A stretch of 64,000 bases of DNA from the NCBI GenBank assembly GCA_964359655.1, contig CAYHVI010000001.1, positions 3,164-67,163 of the forward strand. Direction: 5' to 3'. Shown here one piece after another: positions 27,578 through 37,366 of this stretch. Position 1 is the first letter of the stretch. Each line of letters starts with the position of its first letter. Below the pieces are notes generated by a model, which saw nothing but the letters and a program-made list of their open reading frames with translations, did no database searches and had not been told where the DNA came from. The translations under genes were made by a program, and so were the position numbers. This stretch comes from an uncultured Candidatus Saccharibacteria bacterium (GTDB lineage: Bacteria; Patescibacteriota; Minisyncoccia; Minisyncoccales; UBA10102).

Positions 27578-28090
27578 TTGCAGAAACGAATCTTCGTAAA
27601 CAATCAAATACGCGCTTCCCAAGTAATGCTTATCGACGAAACAGGAAAGCAACTGGGAATAGTGCCTCTCGCAGAGGCGCTCAAGCTTGCCCAAGATCGA
27701 GGTTTTGACCTAATCCAAGTGACCGAGCGGGTCGAACCTCCTGTATGCCGGCTTGGGGATTACGGAAAATACCTTTACCAGCAGGGGAAAAAGGCAAAAG
27801 AAGCAAAGAAACGGGAAGGAGGAGAACTAAAGGAAGTTCGACTCACCTTCACTATTTCAGACCACGATTTGGAAACAAGAATGAGACAAGCAGAAAAGTT
27901 TTTACAAAAAGGAAACCGTGTTCGTATTACTCTTCGGCTCCGAGGCCGACAAAATGCTTTGGAAAGATACGCAAGGGACAAAATCGAAAAGTTTATGGAA
28001 ATTCTCGGCACTCAAACTCCTGTGAAGAGAGAGCGAGAATTAAAAAGGGAACCGCGAGGATTATCGATCATAGTGGCGAAAGCAAGTTAG
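27578..28090 (+). CDS. infC: Translation initiation factor IF-3 (TTG start)
   Basis: …VMLIDETGKQLGIV… N-domain and C-domain motifs. The first base triplet is TTG, an unusual start that is common for infC. Confidence 0.88.
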   Translation: MQKRIFVNNQIRASQVMLIDETGKQLGIVPLAEALKLAQDRGFDLIQVTERVEPPVCRLGDYGKYLYQQGKKAKEAKKREGGELKEVRLTFTISDHDLETRMRQAEKFLQKGNRVRITLRLRGRQNALERYARDKIEKFMEILGTQTPVKRERELKREPRGLSIIVAKAS

Positions 28091-28108
28091 AGGAGCTCAA
28101 ACAATACT

Positions 28109-28303
28109 ATGGCAAAGCAAAAAACCAGAAAAGCGATTACCAAACGATTTCGCATAACTAAAACAGGGAAGATTTTGCGCAGACGAACTGGCCAAGATCA
28201 CTATCTTGCCAAACGGTCATCAAAAAAACGCAGAAGCTTGCGCCAATGGATTGCGCTTGCTCCTTCGGAAGCAAAAGCAATCAGGAGGCTCTTGAACCAA
28301 TAA
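28109..28303 (+). CDS. rpmI: 50S ribosomal protein L35
   Basis: MAKQKTRKAITKRF… The infC-rpmI-rplT operon order is conserved. Confidence 0.9.
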   Translation: MAKQKTRKAITKRFRITKTGKILRRRTGQDHYLAKRSSKKRRSLRQWIALAPSEAKAIRRLLNQ

Positions 28304-28304
28304 T

Positions 28305-28658
28305 ATGTCCCGGGTAAAAGGAGGAGTCATTTCCCATAAACATAGAAGAAATGTCTTGGAAAAGACCAAGGGTTTTCGTTGGGGCAGAAAATCCAAGTTA
28401 AGAGCAGCAAAAGATGCTCTGCGCCACGCCTGGGAATATGCGTACCGTGATCGCAAAGCAAAAAAACGCTTATTCAGACAAGACTGGCAACGCACCATCA
28501 GCAGCGCCGCAGAATCTCAAAACATCAACTACAGCAAACTTATCAACGCGCTCAAAAGAAATAAAGTCGAGCTTGACCGAAAAGTTCTCGCCCAGCTTGC
28601 CAAAGAGCATCCTGAAGCATTCCAAAAAATCGTAGAAAAAGTAATCAAGGAAATTTAG
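28305..28658 (+). CDS. rplT: 50S ribosomal protein L20
   Basis: MSRVKGGVISHKHRRNVLEKTKGFRWGR…. Confidence 0.92.
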   Translation: MSRVKGGVISHKHRRNVLEKTKGFRWGRKSKLRAAKDALRHAWEYAYRDRKAKKRLFRQDWQRTISSAAESQNINYSKLINALKRNKVELDRKVLAQLAKEHPEAFQKIVEKVIKEI

Positions 28659-29098
28659 AGGATCCCTTCTTGAGAAAGGAGGTGATGTGCTTTTTTAAGT
28701 ATTTGTTTTGCATTTTTATACGTAAGTTTTTGTTGTGCTTCTGCAAACTCAAGCCACTGGAAACCTAAGTGCTCCGAAGAAATAACCACATTTTCTTGTC
28801 TCGTTTTTGCCAAGTAGAACACTACTGTTTTTGAAATTTTCTGTCCCCCAAATTGAAACCAATAGCGAATTTCTTCTCTAAATCCATCAAACAACTCAAT
28901 GTCTTTTAACCCTGTTTCTTCTTTAATTTCGCGGCGCACGGTGTCCTGTTCTTCTTCGCCTTTCTCGATGTGGCCCTTTGGCAAATCCCAATATTCTTTC
29001 TTAGCCTTTGCTGAAGAAGGATAATGTAAGAGCAAATATTGAGGATTTCCGTGTTCTATGCGAAATACGATAGCTCCAGCCGAATGTTCCTTTTTCAT
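28655..29098 (-). CDS. NUDIX hydrolase
   Basis: Nudix box GHIEKGEEEQDTVRREIKEETGL. I take the start at the internal Met, to avoid overlap with polX. Confidence 0.8.
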   Translation of the reverse strand: MKKEHSAGAIVFRIEHGNPQYLLLHYPSSAKAKKEYWDLPKGHIEKGEEEQDTVRREIKEETGLKDIELFDGFREEIRYWFQFGGQKISKTVVFYLAKTRQENVVISSEHLGFQWLEFAEAQQKLTYKNAKQILKKAHHLLSQEGIL

Positions 29099-29099
29099 A

Positions 29100-30824
29100 C
29101 TATGGAAGCATCGCAAGCATTTTCTCTGCAGAAAGAGTGTTAATAATATCTTTCTTTTCTGCCCAACCGCGCTTGGCTTGCGCAATACCGTACTTCAAAC
29201 ATCCAAAATGATCTTGAGCATGGGCGTCAGAATCAATAGTCATCTTGCACCCTGCCTCTACGGCCTTTTTAATATTGCTGTCTTTTAAATCTAAACGATC
29301 CGGAAACGCGTTAATCTCTAGAATTGTTCCTGTTTTCTTTACTTCCCTTATAATTTCGTCCATATCAACCTCATACGCCTCCCTCTTATGAATAAGACGG
29401 CCGGTTGGGTGGAACAAGATATCAACATTGGGATTTCGCATGGCTTTCACTATTCTTGCGGTCATATCTTTTTTCGTCATCTTAAAACTCGAGTGCACAG
29501 CAATTCCTACCACATCGAGCCTTGAAAGAACTTCGTCTGTAATATCGAGTGTCCCGTCTTTTCGAATATTCACTTCCGCTCCTTTCAGTATCTTAAATTT
29601 CGAATTTCGAAATTCGGATTTCGAATTTATTTTGTCGATCTCTCGCATCTGCGCCAGCAGTTTTTTCTCGTCCATGCCTCCAGTCATCGCAAGATCTCGT
29701 GTGTGATCAGTTATTGCAATATACTCCAATCCCTGTTTCTTTGCCTCTTTTGCCATAGCTTCTATCGAGTCTTTACCATCGGTCCAGTTTGTCTGCACTT
29801 GCAAGTCTCCTTTCAACGAATCATACGGAATAACGCTTGGAAGTTTTCCTTCAAGGGCACAATCTATTTCTCCTTGATCTTCCCGCAGCTCTGGCTCAAT
29901 ATATTCCATTCCTAATGCTTTGTACACATCTTGTTCGGTTTTGCAGGCAATGCGTTTTTCCCCCCGAAACAATCCATATTCTGAAAGCTTATATCCCTTA
30001 TTTGCAGCACGTGTTCGCAACCTCACATTGTGCTCTTTTGATCCTGTAAAATATTGAAGTCCTGCTCCAAACACCTCTTGCCGCAGAACGCGCATATCAA
30101 TGTCGAACCCTTCGGTAGTGCGCAAAGAAACCTTGGTTGATCCTTTCCCCCAAATTTTTTCATACGAAACCAAGGAAAGAAAATACTCGACTGCTTTTTC
30201 CGGCTTGCTCGTGGTAATCAAGATATCCACATCGCCGATCGTTTCTTTCATTCGCCTGATCGAGCCTGCTGCAACCGCCCGCGTAATCAATGGAGAATCC
30301 TCCAGCCGCGCAACCAAATCTTCTTGATAAGGATAGATGTTGCCGAGGAGCCATCTTCCCTTCGAGCGTTTTACAAAATCAATGCCCTGCAGAATATTTT
30401 GCTCTGTTTTTTCGCCAAAGTTGGGAAGCTTTCGCACCTTGCCTGCTTTGGCCGCTTTTTCCAAATCATCGAGGGTTTTGATTTTCAGATGCTTATACAA
30501 ATCGCGCACCATTTTAGGCCCTACTCCCTCAATAGAAGTAAGCTCTTGAATGTCAACCGGAAATTTCTTCCGGAGTTTTTCATGCTCTTGGATTTCTCCT
30601 GTTTTAATGTACTCTTCGGTTTTCTCTGCTATGCTCTTCCCAACTCCCGGAATCTGTTCTAATCCCCGCAACCCTTCTCTCTCGTATATTTTTTCTACGC
30701 CTTCTGACAGAGATTCTATGGCATTTGCTGCTCTGACATATGCCTGCGGCTTGAAAGGCACACTGTCGATCTCCAGATACAAAGCAATATTCGAAAAGAG
30801 AGAGGCTAATTTTTTATTGGTCAT
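29100..30824 (-). CDS. polX: Family X DNA polymerase with C-terminal PHP domain (PolX)
   Basis: Pol-beta-like N-terminal HhH/fingers/palm (…GVGKSIAEK…, …GSIRRMKETIGDVDILI…) and a C-terminal PHP domain (…HTRDL…, …DSDAHA…). It contains the in-frame repeat insert …INSKSEFRNSKFKI…. Confidence 0.85.
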   Translation of the reverse strand: MTNKKLASLFSNIALYLEIDSVPFKPQAYVRAANAIESLSEGVEKIYEREGLRGLEQIPGVGKSIAEKTEEYIKTGEIQEHEKLRKKFPVDIQELTSIEGVGPKMVRDLYKHLKIKTLDDLEKAAKAGKVRKLPNFGEKTEQNILQGIDFVKRSKGRWLLGNIYPYQEDLVARLEDSPLITRAVAAGSIRRMKETIGDVDILITTSKPEKAVEYFLSLVSYEKIWGKGSTKVSLRTTEGFDIDMRVLRQEVFGAGLQYFTGSKEHNVRLRTRAANKGYKLSEYGLFRGEKRIACKTEQDVYKALGMEYIEPELREDQGEIDCALEGKLPSVIPYDSLKGDLQVQTNWTDGKDSIEAMAKEAKKQGLEYIAITDHTRDLAMTGGMDEKKLLAQMREIDKINSKSEFRNSKFKILKGAEVNIRKDGTLDITDEVLSRLDVVGIAVHSSFKMTKKDMTARIVKAMRNPNVDILFHPTGRLIHKREAYEVDMDEIIREVKKTGTILEINAFPDRLDLKDSNIKKAVEAGCKMTIDSDAHAQDHFGCLKYGIAQAKRGWAEKKDIINTLSAEKMLAMLP

Positions 30825-31792
30825 GGGAAACGGAACATTGTATGTTTTAAAAAACGTAAGCTGAAATGAAAAAGCAATACCAACCCAGCGACAGCAAACA
30901 AAACTTCAGCCGTACGCACAAGGAGTGCAAACGCAGCTCCCGTGCCAGCTCCAAAACCAAAAGCCCCAAAAGCAACTGCCTGCAAAGCTTCATGAAATCC
31001 GAGTGCTCCAGGGATTGGCACAAGAGCTGCAAGATAATAAAACCCCTGGATTGTAATTGCGGGAAGAATGACAAAGCCTTTTCCAAAGAAAAGAATTACA
31101 ATCCAAGCGCGCACAATTCCCACAAAACTCTTTCCCAAAGAAAAACAAATACCCTGCCACAAAAAAGGACTCCGCGACTGAAAGAACCGAAACACCTCTT
31201 GTTCTGTTTCTTGCGTGCTTTCGTTACCCTTCCAGAATAGTCTGATAATGCTCTTTTTTTGAAAAATGCGTATATACAGGAAGAAAAGAAGTAAAAACCA
31301 GATTCCAATAAATCCGATCACTCCAAGCGTTCTTAACGAATAAGAGATGTGCTCCCCCAGAAGGAAAAAGATAATTCCTCCTGCTACTACTACGAAAAGG
31401 TTAGAGGTTACCTCCAAGATGCGATCAATGGTGACCGAAGCTATTCCCCTGGGAAGGTCAATTGCATGATGTTCTTTTAAATAAGAGGCTCGAAAAATTT
31501 CGCTTGCAAAAGGAAACACAGGCACAAAAAATAAAAGAGAGAAGCCTGCGAGATATGTTTTCCACGTTGCGGAAAACGACACTCTGCAATGTTGCTTTTG
31601 CAAAATAAAGTACCATCGAAAAGCGCCGATCAAAAGAGAGACTCCCGTCAGAAAGAAAACGATAAGCGCTCCAAAAAACGGAAACGCAGAGAGCGGCTTC
31701 CAGATCTCTTGCCAACCAAGACCTGAAATCAAACCACCAAAAAGCAGAAATCCTACCAGCAACGTAGCCAAAAAGAGGAACAGTCGTTTCAT
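30821..31792 (-). CDS. Integral membrane protein, UPF0104 / flippase-like (MprF transmembrane-domain-like)
   Basis: 323 aa with ~8 TM helices and a short cytoplasmic basic loop. I recognise the family only from its topology and length pattern. Confidence 0.4.
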   Translation of the reverse strand: MKRLFLFLATLLVGFLLFGGLISGLGWQEIWKPLSAFPFFGALIVFFLTGVSLLIGAFRWYFILQKQHCRVSFSATWKTYLAGFSLLFFVPVFPFASEIFRASYLKEHHAIDLPRGIASVTIDRILEVTSNLFVVVAGGIIFFLLGEHISYSLRTLGVIGFIGIWFLLLFFLYIRIFQKKSIIRLFWKGNESTQETEQEVFRFFQSRSPFLWQGICFSLGKSFVGIVRAWIVILFFGKGFVILPAITIQGFYYLAALVPIPGALGFHEALQAVAFGAFGFGAGTGAAFALLVRTAEVLFAVAGLVLLFHFSLRFLKHTMFRFP

Positions 31793-31973
31793 CCCGTACG
31801 AAATAGGAAACGCTTCAATCTTGACTTCATGTAGCGTTTACCTCTACCTGACTTAAGGTATTGCTCTCTCGACTTTGCGCCTTCTTCATTTTACCATCTT
31901 TCTTGCTCCTTAGGATATACGTGTAATACATATGAGGATTTCGTACGGGATCATAAAGAATCGTGTATTATAC

Positions 31974-32008
31974 CAAAAGAAAAGGTCTCTGTCGCGAACG
32001 ACAGAGAC
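31974..32008 (-). terminator. Rho-independent terminator after the asparaginase gene (minus strand)
   Basis: GGTCTCTGTCGcgaaCGACAGAGACC is a perfect 11-bp stem. A preceding A-run on the plus strand gives a U-tract on the minus strand. Confidence 0.7.
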
Positions 32009-32029
32009 CTTGATCTGGACGAGAGGATG

Positions 32030-32932
32030 TTACTCATCTTCCTCCAGTATTTTATGTGAGGGCATAGGATAGTTCGAGGCTATACCTATACCTCCCGTTG
32101 TGATGGCGAGGAATCCCACTGGCACGTCCCGCCGGAAAAGCGCGACGGCCTGTTCGCACGCCTGTTGAGGATGGGATTTCATCGCGATCCGCTGATACAC
32201 CTGATCACATCCTCGTAGGTCGATGATCGCCTCGCCGACTCCGGTGGCAACCACAGCACCCTCTGGTCCGATCTGGAACCCCGCTCCTCGAACGGGCACG
32301 TCTCCACCCCGTCCTCGCCGCATCATCCCACTTCCGCCGGTTGACGAAGCAAGCGCGAATACGCCTGCCCTGTCGAGCGCGACTGCACCAACAGTGTCGA
32401 CTGCAGAGAGGACACCAGCAGGATTATCACACTCAACAAGTCGCCGAAGCTCCTCTATTGTCCATCCAGGAGGAATCTCCTTTCTCGACACCATATCCTT
32501 TATCTCTTCTCTAAGTGCGCGCAACCTCTCCTGCACTTCTTTTGTAGGACCAGGATGAGGCTTCAGGCCTCTCTCCATTGCAAACTCGTAAGCACCCTGA
32601 CCTGAAATGCGTCTAAGGTCAGTACTCATGAGTTCTTTTGCAACAAGGACGGGATTTTGTACCCCACTCACGACCTCTACCGCCCTCATGATACCCTGTG
32701 AGGTAGCGATCACGGCCTCCATCTCAATTCTCCCATCAATCCGCTGGATGGAGCCGACGCCAGCGTTGTACAAACCAGAATCTTCCATCCATCGCACGGT
32801 TTCGATCGCTGCGTCCAACGCAGAGCCATCGGGAAGAATAATCTTCATCCCTCTTTGATTAGCGCGCCGGCAACCAACCTCCCTCTTAGGGGAGGTGCCG
32901 CCAGCGCCGCCATGTACAACTATCCCGTACAT
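32030..32932 (-). CDS. Isoaspartyl peptidase / L-asparaginase (Ntn-hydrolase, plant-type), GC-rich
   Basis: …VVHGGAGG… N-terminus, an autoproteolytic …DTVGAVALD… nucleophile region and a …GGSGMMRRGRGGD… glycine-rich loop. GC is ~60%. Confidence 0.8.
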   Translation of the reverse strand: MYGIVVHGGAGGTSPKREVGCRRANQRGMKIILPDGSALDAAIETVRWMEDSGLYNAGVGSIQRIDGRIEMEAVIATSQGIMRAVEVVSGVQNPVLVAKELMSTDLRRISGQGAYEFAMERGLKPHPGPTKEVQERLRALREEIKDMVSRKEIPPGWTIEELRRLVECDNPAGVLSAVDTVGAVALDRAGVFALASSTGGSGMMRRGRGGDVPVRGAGFQIGPEGAVVATGVGEAIIDLRGCDQVYQRIAMKSHPQQACEQAVALFRRDVPVGFLAITTGGIGIASNYPMPSHKILEEDE

Positions 32933-32974
32933 TGCGACACCTCCTTTCTTAAATGTCCCTTATAAAGAGCAACC

Positions 32975-34375
32975 CTATCTTACATTGTTTTTTGCCCTTG
33001 TCAATGAAGGCAATGTTTCTTTTGGAATTCCTTTCAGATAGGGGTCAAAAGGAGAGAAAATTTTGCGAAGCGAGAATTTCTTTAAAAACTCTTCTGCTTC
33101 TTGATGATTCCCAAGGGCGACATAGTATTCAACGATTGAGGTGAGTTGATTAAGCGCCATAAATGCGCGGTACGAATCCAAGGAAAAACCATCCACCTGC
33201 TTCCGCAGAGCTTTTCCCTTCACGAGAAAATCAATAATAAGCGCTCCTCCGAGTGCATAGGGATTTAAGTGAGGGCGTACAGGAATGGAAGTATAAAAAT
33301 ACAAGCTGTGGCAAATCGTCATAATGAGAATTGCCTCGAGTTCTCGTTCGGTTAACGCGTTTTTCAAAATGAGAGTGCCGCATCCCTTAACTCCAAGAAG
33401 ATCGGTAAAAAGTTCATCAAAGTACGGAGTCAGTTCTCGTAAACGCGCTTGCGCATCTTCGTAGCGCATTAAAGTGTGGCATGCCTCGTGCAAAACATTG
33501 GTTTGCAGAAAGGCGTGTTTTAACTCTTCTTCTGTGAATTTTCCTTTTATCTTTCTTGAAAAAATACGCTGAAAAATCGGGAAAAGCCAGTTGGAAAATC
33601 TCCAGTCAGTGGGTTGGTTAAACAGCGTAAAAAGAGTGCCGTATTTTTTAATTAAATAAAGATCTGCAGAAGAAGGAATATTATTCCCTACAAACAAAAA
33701 GTCAGCAATAAGTCCGGAAAAGACCAGGGTGTCTTCCACTCGGATTTTTACTTTGGCAATCTTTGCGCGTTTTGCTCCTGGAAGATAGTTCCGCTCACTC
33801 AAAAGAATCGTGTCCTTAAATCGACTCAATTCATCGGTCTGCAGCGGATCCAAAATTCCGATCCATGCCATATATGCGCGTTTGCGAAAAAAGAGTTTGT
33901 CAATATATCGATCAAAGGGCCCAATAACAAAACCGATTTTCGACTGTTCGGTATTCAACCAAAGGATATTGCTTTTATCGAATTTGTCTCGCAAAAGATC
34001 TTGCGCGCGTGTTACAAGATATGCCCTAAACTCTTTATCTTTACTTAGAGACGCAGCTTCCCTAAGTAATTTTGCAATCTGGACGAGCTCTTTTTTGAAC
34101 CGTTTGCTGTAGGGTACCGCAACCAACTTTCCAGCCTTATCTCTCTCTACGAATGTATAAGGACTTAAGATGCTGGGATTTTGTTTTGAAGCCCGTTCAA
34201 TTTCTTCTCGGGTAGCATCGTGCGGATAAAAATTCGCCCCTGGGTATCGAGGGTCTCTTTGTACCAAATAGAGAGTAGAGATTATTGTTGCAGCTTCAGA
34301 AAGCTTTTGGACAATTTTTTTTTCGGATGCAGAAAGATTCGGCTCTCCGTTCGAAAAGCGCAAAAATGCTTTCAT
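32975..34375 (-). CDS. Putative zinc metallopeptidase (HEXXH), family uncertain
   Basis: 466 aa with a single HEACH motif in …NVLHEACHTLM… and a downstream conserved E. No signal peptide. Confidence 0.35.
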   Translation of the reverse strand: MKAFLRFSNGEPNLSASEKKIVQKLSEAATIISTLYLVQRDPRYPGANFYPHDATREEIERASKQNPSILSPYTFVERDKAGKLVAVPYSKRFKKELVQIAKLLREAASLSKDKEFRAYLVTRAQDLLRDKFDKSNILWLNTEQSKIGFVIGPFDRYIDKLFFRKRAYMAWIGILDPLQTDELSRFKDTILLSERNYLPGAKRAKIAKVKIRVEDTLVFSGLIADFLFVGNNIPSSADLYLIKKYGTLFTLFNQPTDWRFSNWLFPIFQRIFSRKIKGKFTEEELKHAFLQTNVLHEACHTLMRYEDAQARLRELTPYFDELFTDLLGVKGCGTLILKNALTERELEAILIMTICHSLYFYTSIPVRPHLNPYALGGALIIDFLVKGKALRKQVDGFSLDSYRAFMALNQLTSIVEYYVALGNHQEAEEFLKKFSLRKIFSPFDPYLKGIPKETLPSLTRAKNNVR

Positions 34376-34381
34376 AGAAAC

Positions 34382-34867
34382 TCAGGAATACTGATAAACA
34401 ATCTTCAGAATCTTACAATCGTGATTCACTAACTCGGTTTTCACCTTAACGATATCCCCCACTTCTGCTCCAAGCAATCCCGAACCGAGTGGACACTCAT
34501 TAGAAATTTTTTTCTGAACCGGCTCTGCTTCCAACGTTCCCACAATAGTAAACTCATCTACTTCTCCACCAAGATCCACAGTCACCGTTGCTCCAAGTCC
34601 TACTCGGTGCTGTTCTTTTCCACGCGGAGGTTTTTGAATAAGCTCTGCGTTTTGGAGAATGTTTTCGTGCTCTGCAATTCTGGAGTCGAGCAAACTCATG
34701 TCTTCCTGAAACGCTAAATATTCTGGGTTTGGCTCTTCTGAATGCAGCAAATTCGGCGTTTCACCCATTGTTTTCTGTCGTTTGAAATCTCGCAGTCTTT
34801 CGTACTCTGCTTTTACTTTTTTTAATCCTTCTTTGGTTACGTAGAATTTGTTGAGTGTTGTGGTCAT
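34382..34867 (-). CDS. greA: Transcription elongation factor GreA
   Basis: N-terminal coiled-coil followed by an FKBP-like C-domain (…VGLGATVTVDLGGEVDEFTIVG…). Confidence 0.88.
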   Translation of the reverse strand: MTTTLNKFYVTKEGLKKVKAEYERLRDFKRQKTMGETPNLLHSEEPNPEYLAFQEDMSLLDSRIAEHENILQNAELIQKPPRGKEQHRVGLGATVTVDLGGEVDEFTIVGTLEAEPVQKKISNECPLGSGLLGAEVGDIVKVKTELVNHDCKILKIVYQYS

Positions 34868-34877
34868 CGTAATGTGA

Positions 34878-34910
34878 TTAAAAAATCTGGCTCTTTATTA
34901 TGCCAGATTT
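34878..34910 (-). terminator. Rho-independent terminator in the PRTase-Lrp / greA intergenic region (minus strand)
   Basis: AAATCTGGCtctttattatGCCAGATTT is a 9-bp stem. An A-run on the plus strand gives a U-tract on the minus strand. Confidence 0.5.
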
Positions 34911-35124
34911 ATTGATTCGTCTTTCGCAAACATTGCGTTGAGAAATCAATAAATCTAGCCACCATCTCCAGAGATGACTTTTGCCAATGGATTATCAACA
35001 GTCTGGAATAACATCTCTGCGCTTTTCATAAATGCACTATCTATTGTAGACGATCAAGAAGATTTGTCAATAGCATTTATTTTCTTAAGCTTTTTTATTT
35101 TTCTTCTTTAGATTCTAAAGATAC

Positions 35125-35985
35125 CTAGAGGATTTTTGGAGGAATAGTTTTGGGAGCAAGGGGCAAACCGCCGGTAATGATAAAGATTTTCCGCACTCCT
35201 TTTTCTGCCCGTATTTCTCGTTCAATAAACTCCTCGATCGCATGCCAGTTGTGCGCAAGAATTCCAATACCAAGATTATAGATTCCCGTCACTCGAACTA
35301 AATGATACACCTCTTGTCTCCGTTCACACTTTTCAATAAGCATATCGACCGTTGCGGCGTCTGCCTCCAAAAATATCTGCGCACACATCGTATAAAACTG
35401 GTCGGCCCGAAGTTGTGCTTCAATCGTAATGACTTTTTCCCGCAAAAGTTTGTCTACTCTATTCTTCACTGTTACCGCGCTCAAGTTGATATCTTTTCCC
35501 ATATTTGCAAAAGGTTCTCGCCCATTTTCTGCAAGCTGAGCAATAATTTTCAAATCGAGTACATTCATCTCATCGAAATGCCAGATGGATTCAGGAGAGT
35601 ATTTCCACACGAAAAAGTCAGCGAGGCCCACGCGGTCAATAAACGTGGCGAACTTCACATCTCTTATCTGGAGTTCTTTTTTGCGCAACCTCAAGCCTTC
35701 GGTTGATCGCTTGTATGCCTTTCCCGTAACAACATCTGTATCAACAATGAGTACTTTTCTGCCGCGCACTTTTTCTTCTTCCAATCCGCCCCCATCATCA
35801 TCCATGGTGGTAATTACCAGATTTTTCTTTTTCGGTAAAAACCATTGATACAAACCTTGAGCATAGAAAATTCCATCTGGACGCAGATAAACAATACAGG
35901 CATCGTCTTTGCCGAAATACTTTTCAATATCTTTCCCCAATGTATCGATAAATTTTTTGATGGGCTCGTATTCTAAAAGGTTCAT
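35125..35985 (-). CDS. Phosphoribosyltransferase-like domain fused to an Lrp/AsnC-type regulator (HTH + RAM)
   Basis: N-terminal PRTase signature (…VLIVDTDVVTGKAY…). C-terminal HTH_AsnC (…LDLKIIAQLAENGREPFANMGKDINLSAVTVKNRVDKLLREKVI…) plus a RAM-like domain. Confidence 0.6.
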   Translation of the reverse strand: MNLLEYEPIKKFIDTLGKDIEKYFGKDDACIVYLRPDGIFYAQGLYQWFLPKKKNLVITTMDDDGGGLEEEKVRGRKVLIVDTDVVTGKAYKRSTEGLRLRKKELQIRDVKFATFIDRVGLADFFVWKYSPESIWHFDEMNVLDLKIIAQLAENGREPFANMGKDINLSAVTVKNRVDKLLREKVITIEAQLRADQFYTMCAQIFLEADAATVDMLIEKCERRQEVYHLVRVTGIYNLGIGILAHNWHAIEEFIEREIRAEKGVRKIFIITGGLPLAPKTIPPKIL

Positions 35986-35989
35986 AGAA

Positions 35990-37237
35990 TTAAAATAGAC
36001 TTTTTTGAGTAGTTACGGTTTGTTGTTCTCCTTCTCCAAAGATTTTAATTTTGCCGTATTCTCCATCGTATCCCGGCTCAATGTTCACTTTCCCCTCTCT
36101 TACTCTCATAATACCTTCTGCAATTTCTGGCAAGGTGGCTTCTCTCAACGCACTGGGTTCTGCGTCAAGGAGCACAGCGAACTCATTTCCAAGTTTTTGA
36201 ATAAGTGCTTCGTATTCTTGTTGAACTTGTTTGCTTGCCACTCCCAGCCCTAAGGCGTCAGCAATGATCTCTTGGAGTGGAATGAGACTCTTGAAGGGTA
36301 CCGCTCCTGACGGAACAAAATCTTCTGGTCTATCGGCGAGCTCTGCGACGCGATTGAGAACTCCAATAGTAAGGGGTCTTCCGCATTTGGGGCACATATT
36401 ATTGAGTTTCTTTGATTCTTCAGGAGCCAAACTTATCCCGCAAAGCCGATGGCCATCGTAATGATACTTTCCTTCCTCGGGGAAAAACTCAACAGTAAAT
36501 AAAAACTTGGTTGGATCTTTTTTCTTGATTGCATCTGCTATCGCAAAATAACTTACCTCGGCATCAAACACATTCGCCTCCCTCCCTATTTTTGGGAGAC
36601 TATGGCTATCAGAGTTGCTGATAATGGCGACTTTATCCAGTGCCGAAAGTCGCCAGTTCATTGCGGGATCTGAACTCAATCCCGTTTCAATTGCATAAAT
36701 ATATTTTGTGTATTCATCAAAGCATTCTTCCAACGAGTTGAATCCAGACTTGGACCCAAATACAGAAAACCACGGTGTCCACGCATGTGCCGGAACCACC
36801 ATACAGTCAGATGAGGCGTCGAGCGCGATTTTTACCACTTCTTTTGCATCGATGCCAATGATGGGTCTTCCGTCTGCTTTTAAATTCCCCTGCCAACCCA
36901 ATCTCGTATTGATTTTCTCAACAGCTTCCAGTAAAGGAGCGAAAACCAAAAGATGAACTCTTCTCCCCCGCCCGCCTTTTGTATAAATGCAGCTCAATTC
37001 AGTGGTCAGCAAAAATCTCGTGTCCAGGTTGCTTCCCTTGAGTTTATACAAGCCCTGCTCTGCGGGCTCGAGTTTTTCTTGCAGCTCTTTGAACCACAAA
37101 GGATGCGTGAAATCGCCTGGGCTTATTACTTTGATCCCTTTGATTTTTGCCCACTTGTCCAAATTTTCCAAGTTCATATCCTGCGACGTCGCCCTCGCAT
37201 ATTTTGAATGAATGTGAAAGTCACCAACGAAACGCAT
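35990..37237 (-). CDS. PHP-domain protein with a Cys zinc-finger (endonuclease Q-like, TIGR00375 family)
   Basis: MRFVGDFHIHSKYAR… PHP N-terminus and …CPKCGRPLT… zinc-ribbon. 415 aa. Confidence 0.5.
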   Translation of the reverse strand: MRFVGDFHIHSKYARATSQDMNLENLDKWAKIKGIKVISPGDFTHPLWFKELQEKLEPAEQGLYKLKGSNLDTRFLLTTELSCIYTKGGRGRRVHLLVFAPLLEAVEKINTRLGWQGNLKADGRPIIGIDAKEVVKIALDASSDCMVVPAHAWTPWFSVFGSKSGFNSLEECFDEYTKYIYAIETGLSSDPAMNWRLSALDKVAIISNSDSHSLPKIGREANVFDAEVSYFAIADAIKKKDPTKFLFTVEFFPEEGKYHYDGHRLCGISLAPEESKKLNNMCPKCGRPLTIGVLNRVAELADRPEDFVPSGAVPFKSLIPLQEIIADALGLGVASKQVQQEYEALIQKLGNEFAVLLDAEPSALREATLPEIAEGIMRVREGKVNIEPGYDGEYGKIKIFGEGEQQTVTTQKSLF

Positions 37238-37299
37238 ATTCTTTTCTTACCAAAAATCATTCACTCTCGCAACTGTGATAAGTATATACGAGCAAACAA

Positions 37300-37360
37300 A
37301 AAAGATTAAGGAGGTTCAGGATATTGTTGACACGCTGAACGCTTAATCTTTTTTCTTTGT
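37300..37360 (-). terminator. Bidirectional hairpin terminator flanked by A6/T6
   Basis: AAAAAAGATTAAG…(nested GTTCAG…CTGAAC)…CTTAATCTTTTTT. Confidence 0.45.
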
Positions 37361-37366
37361 GGGATA

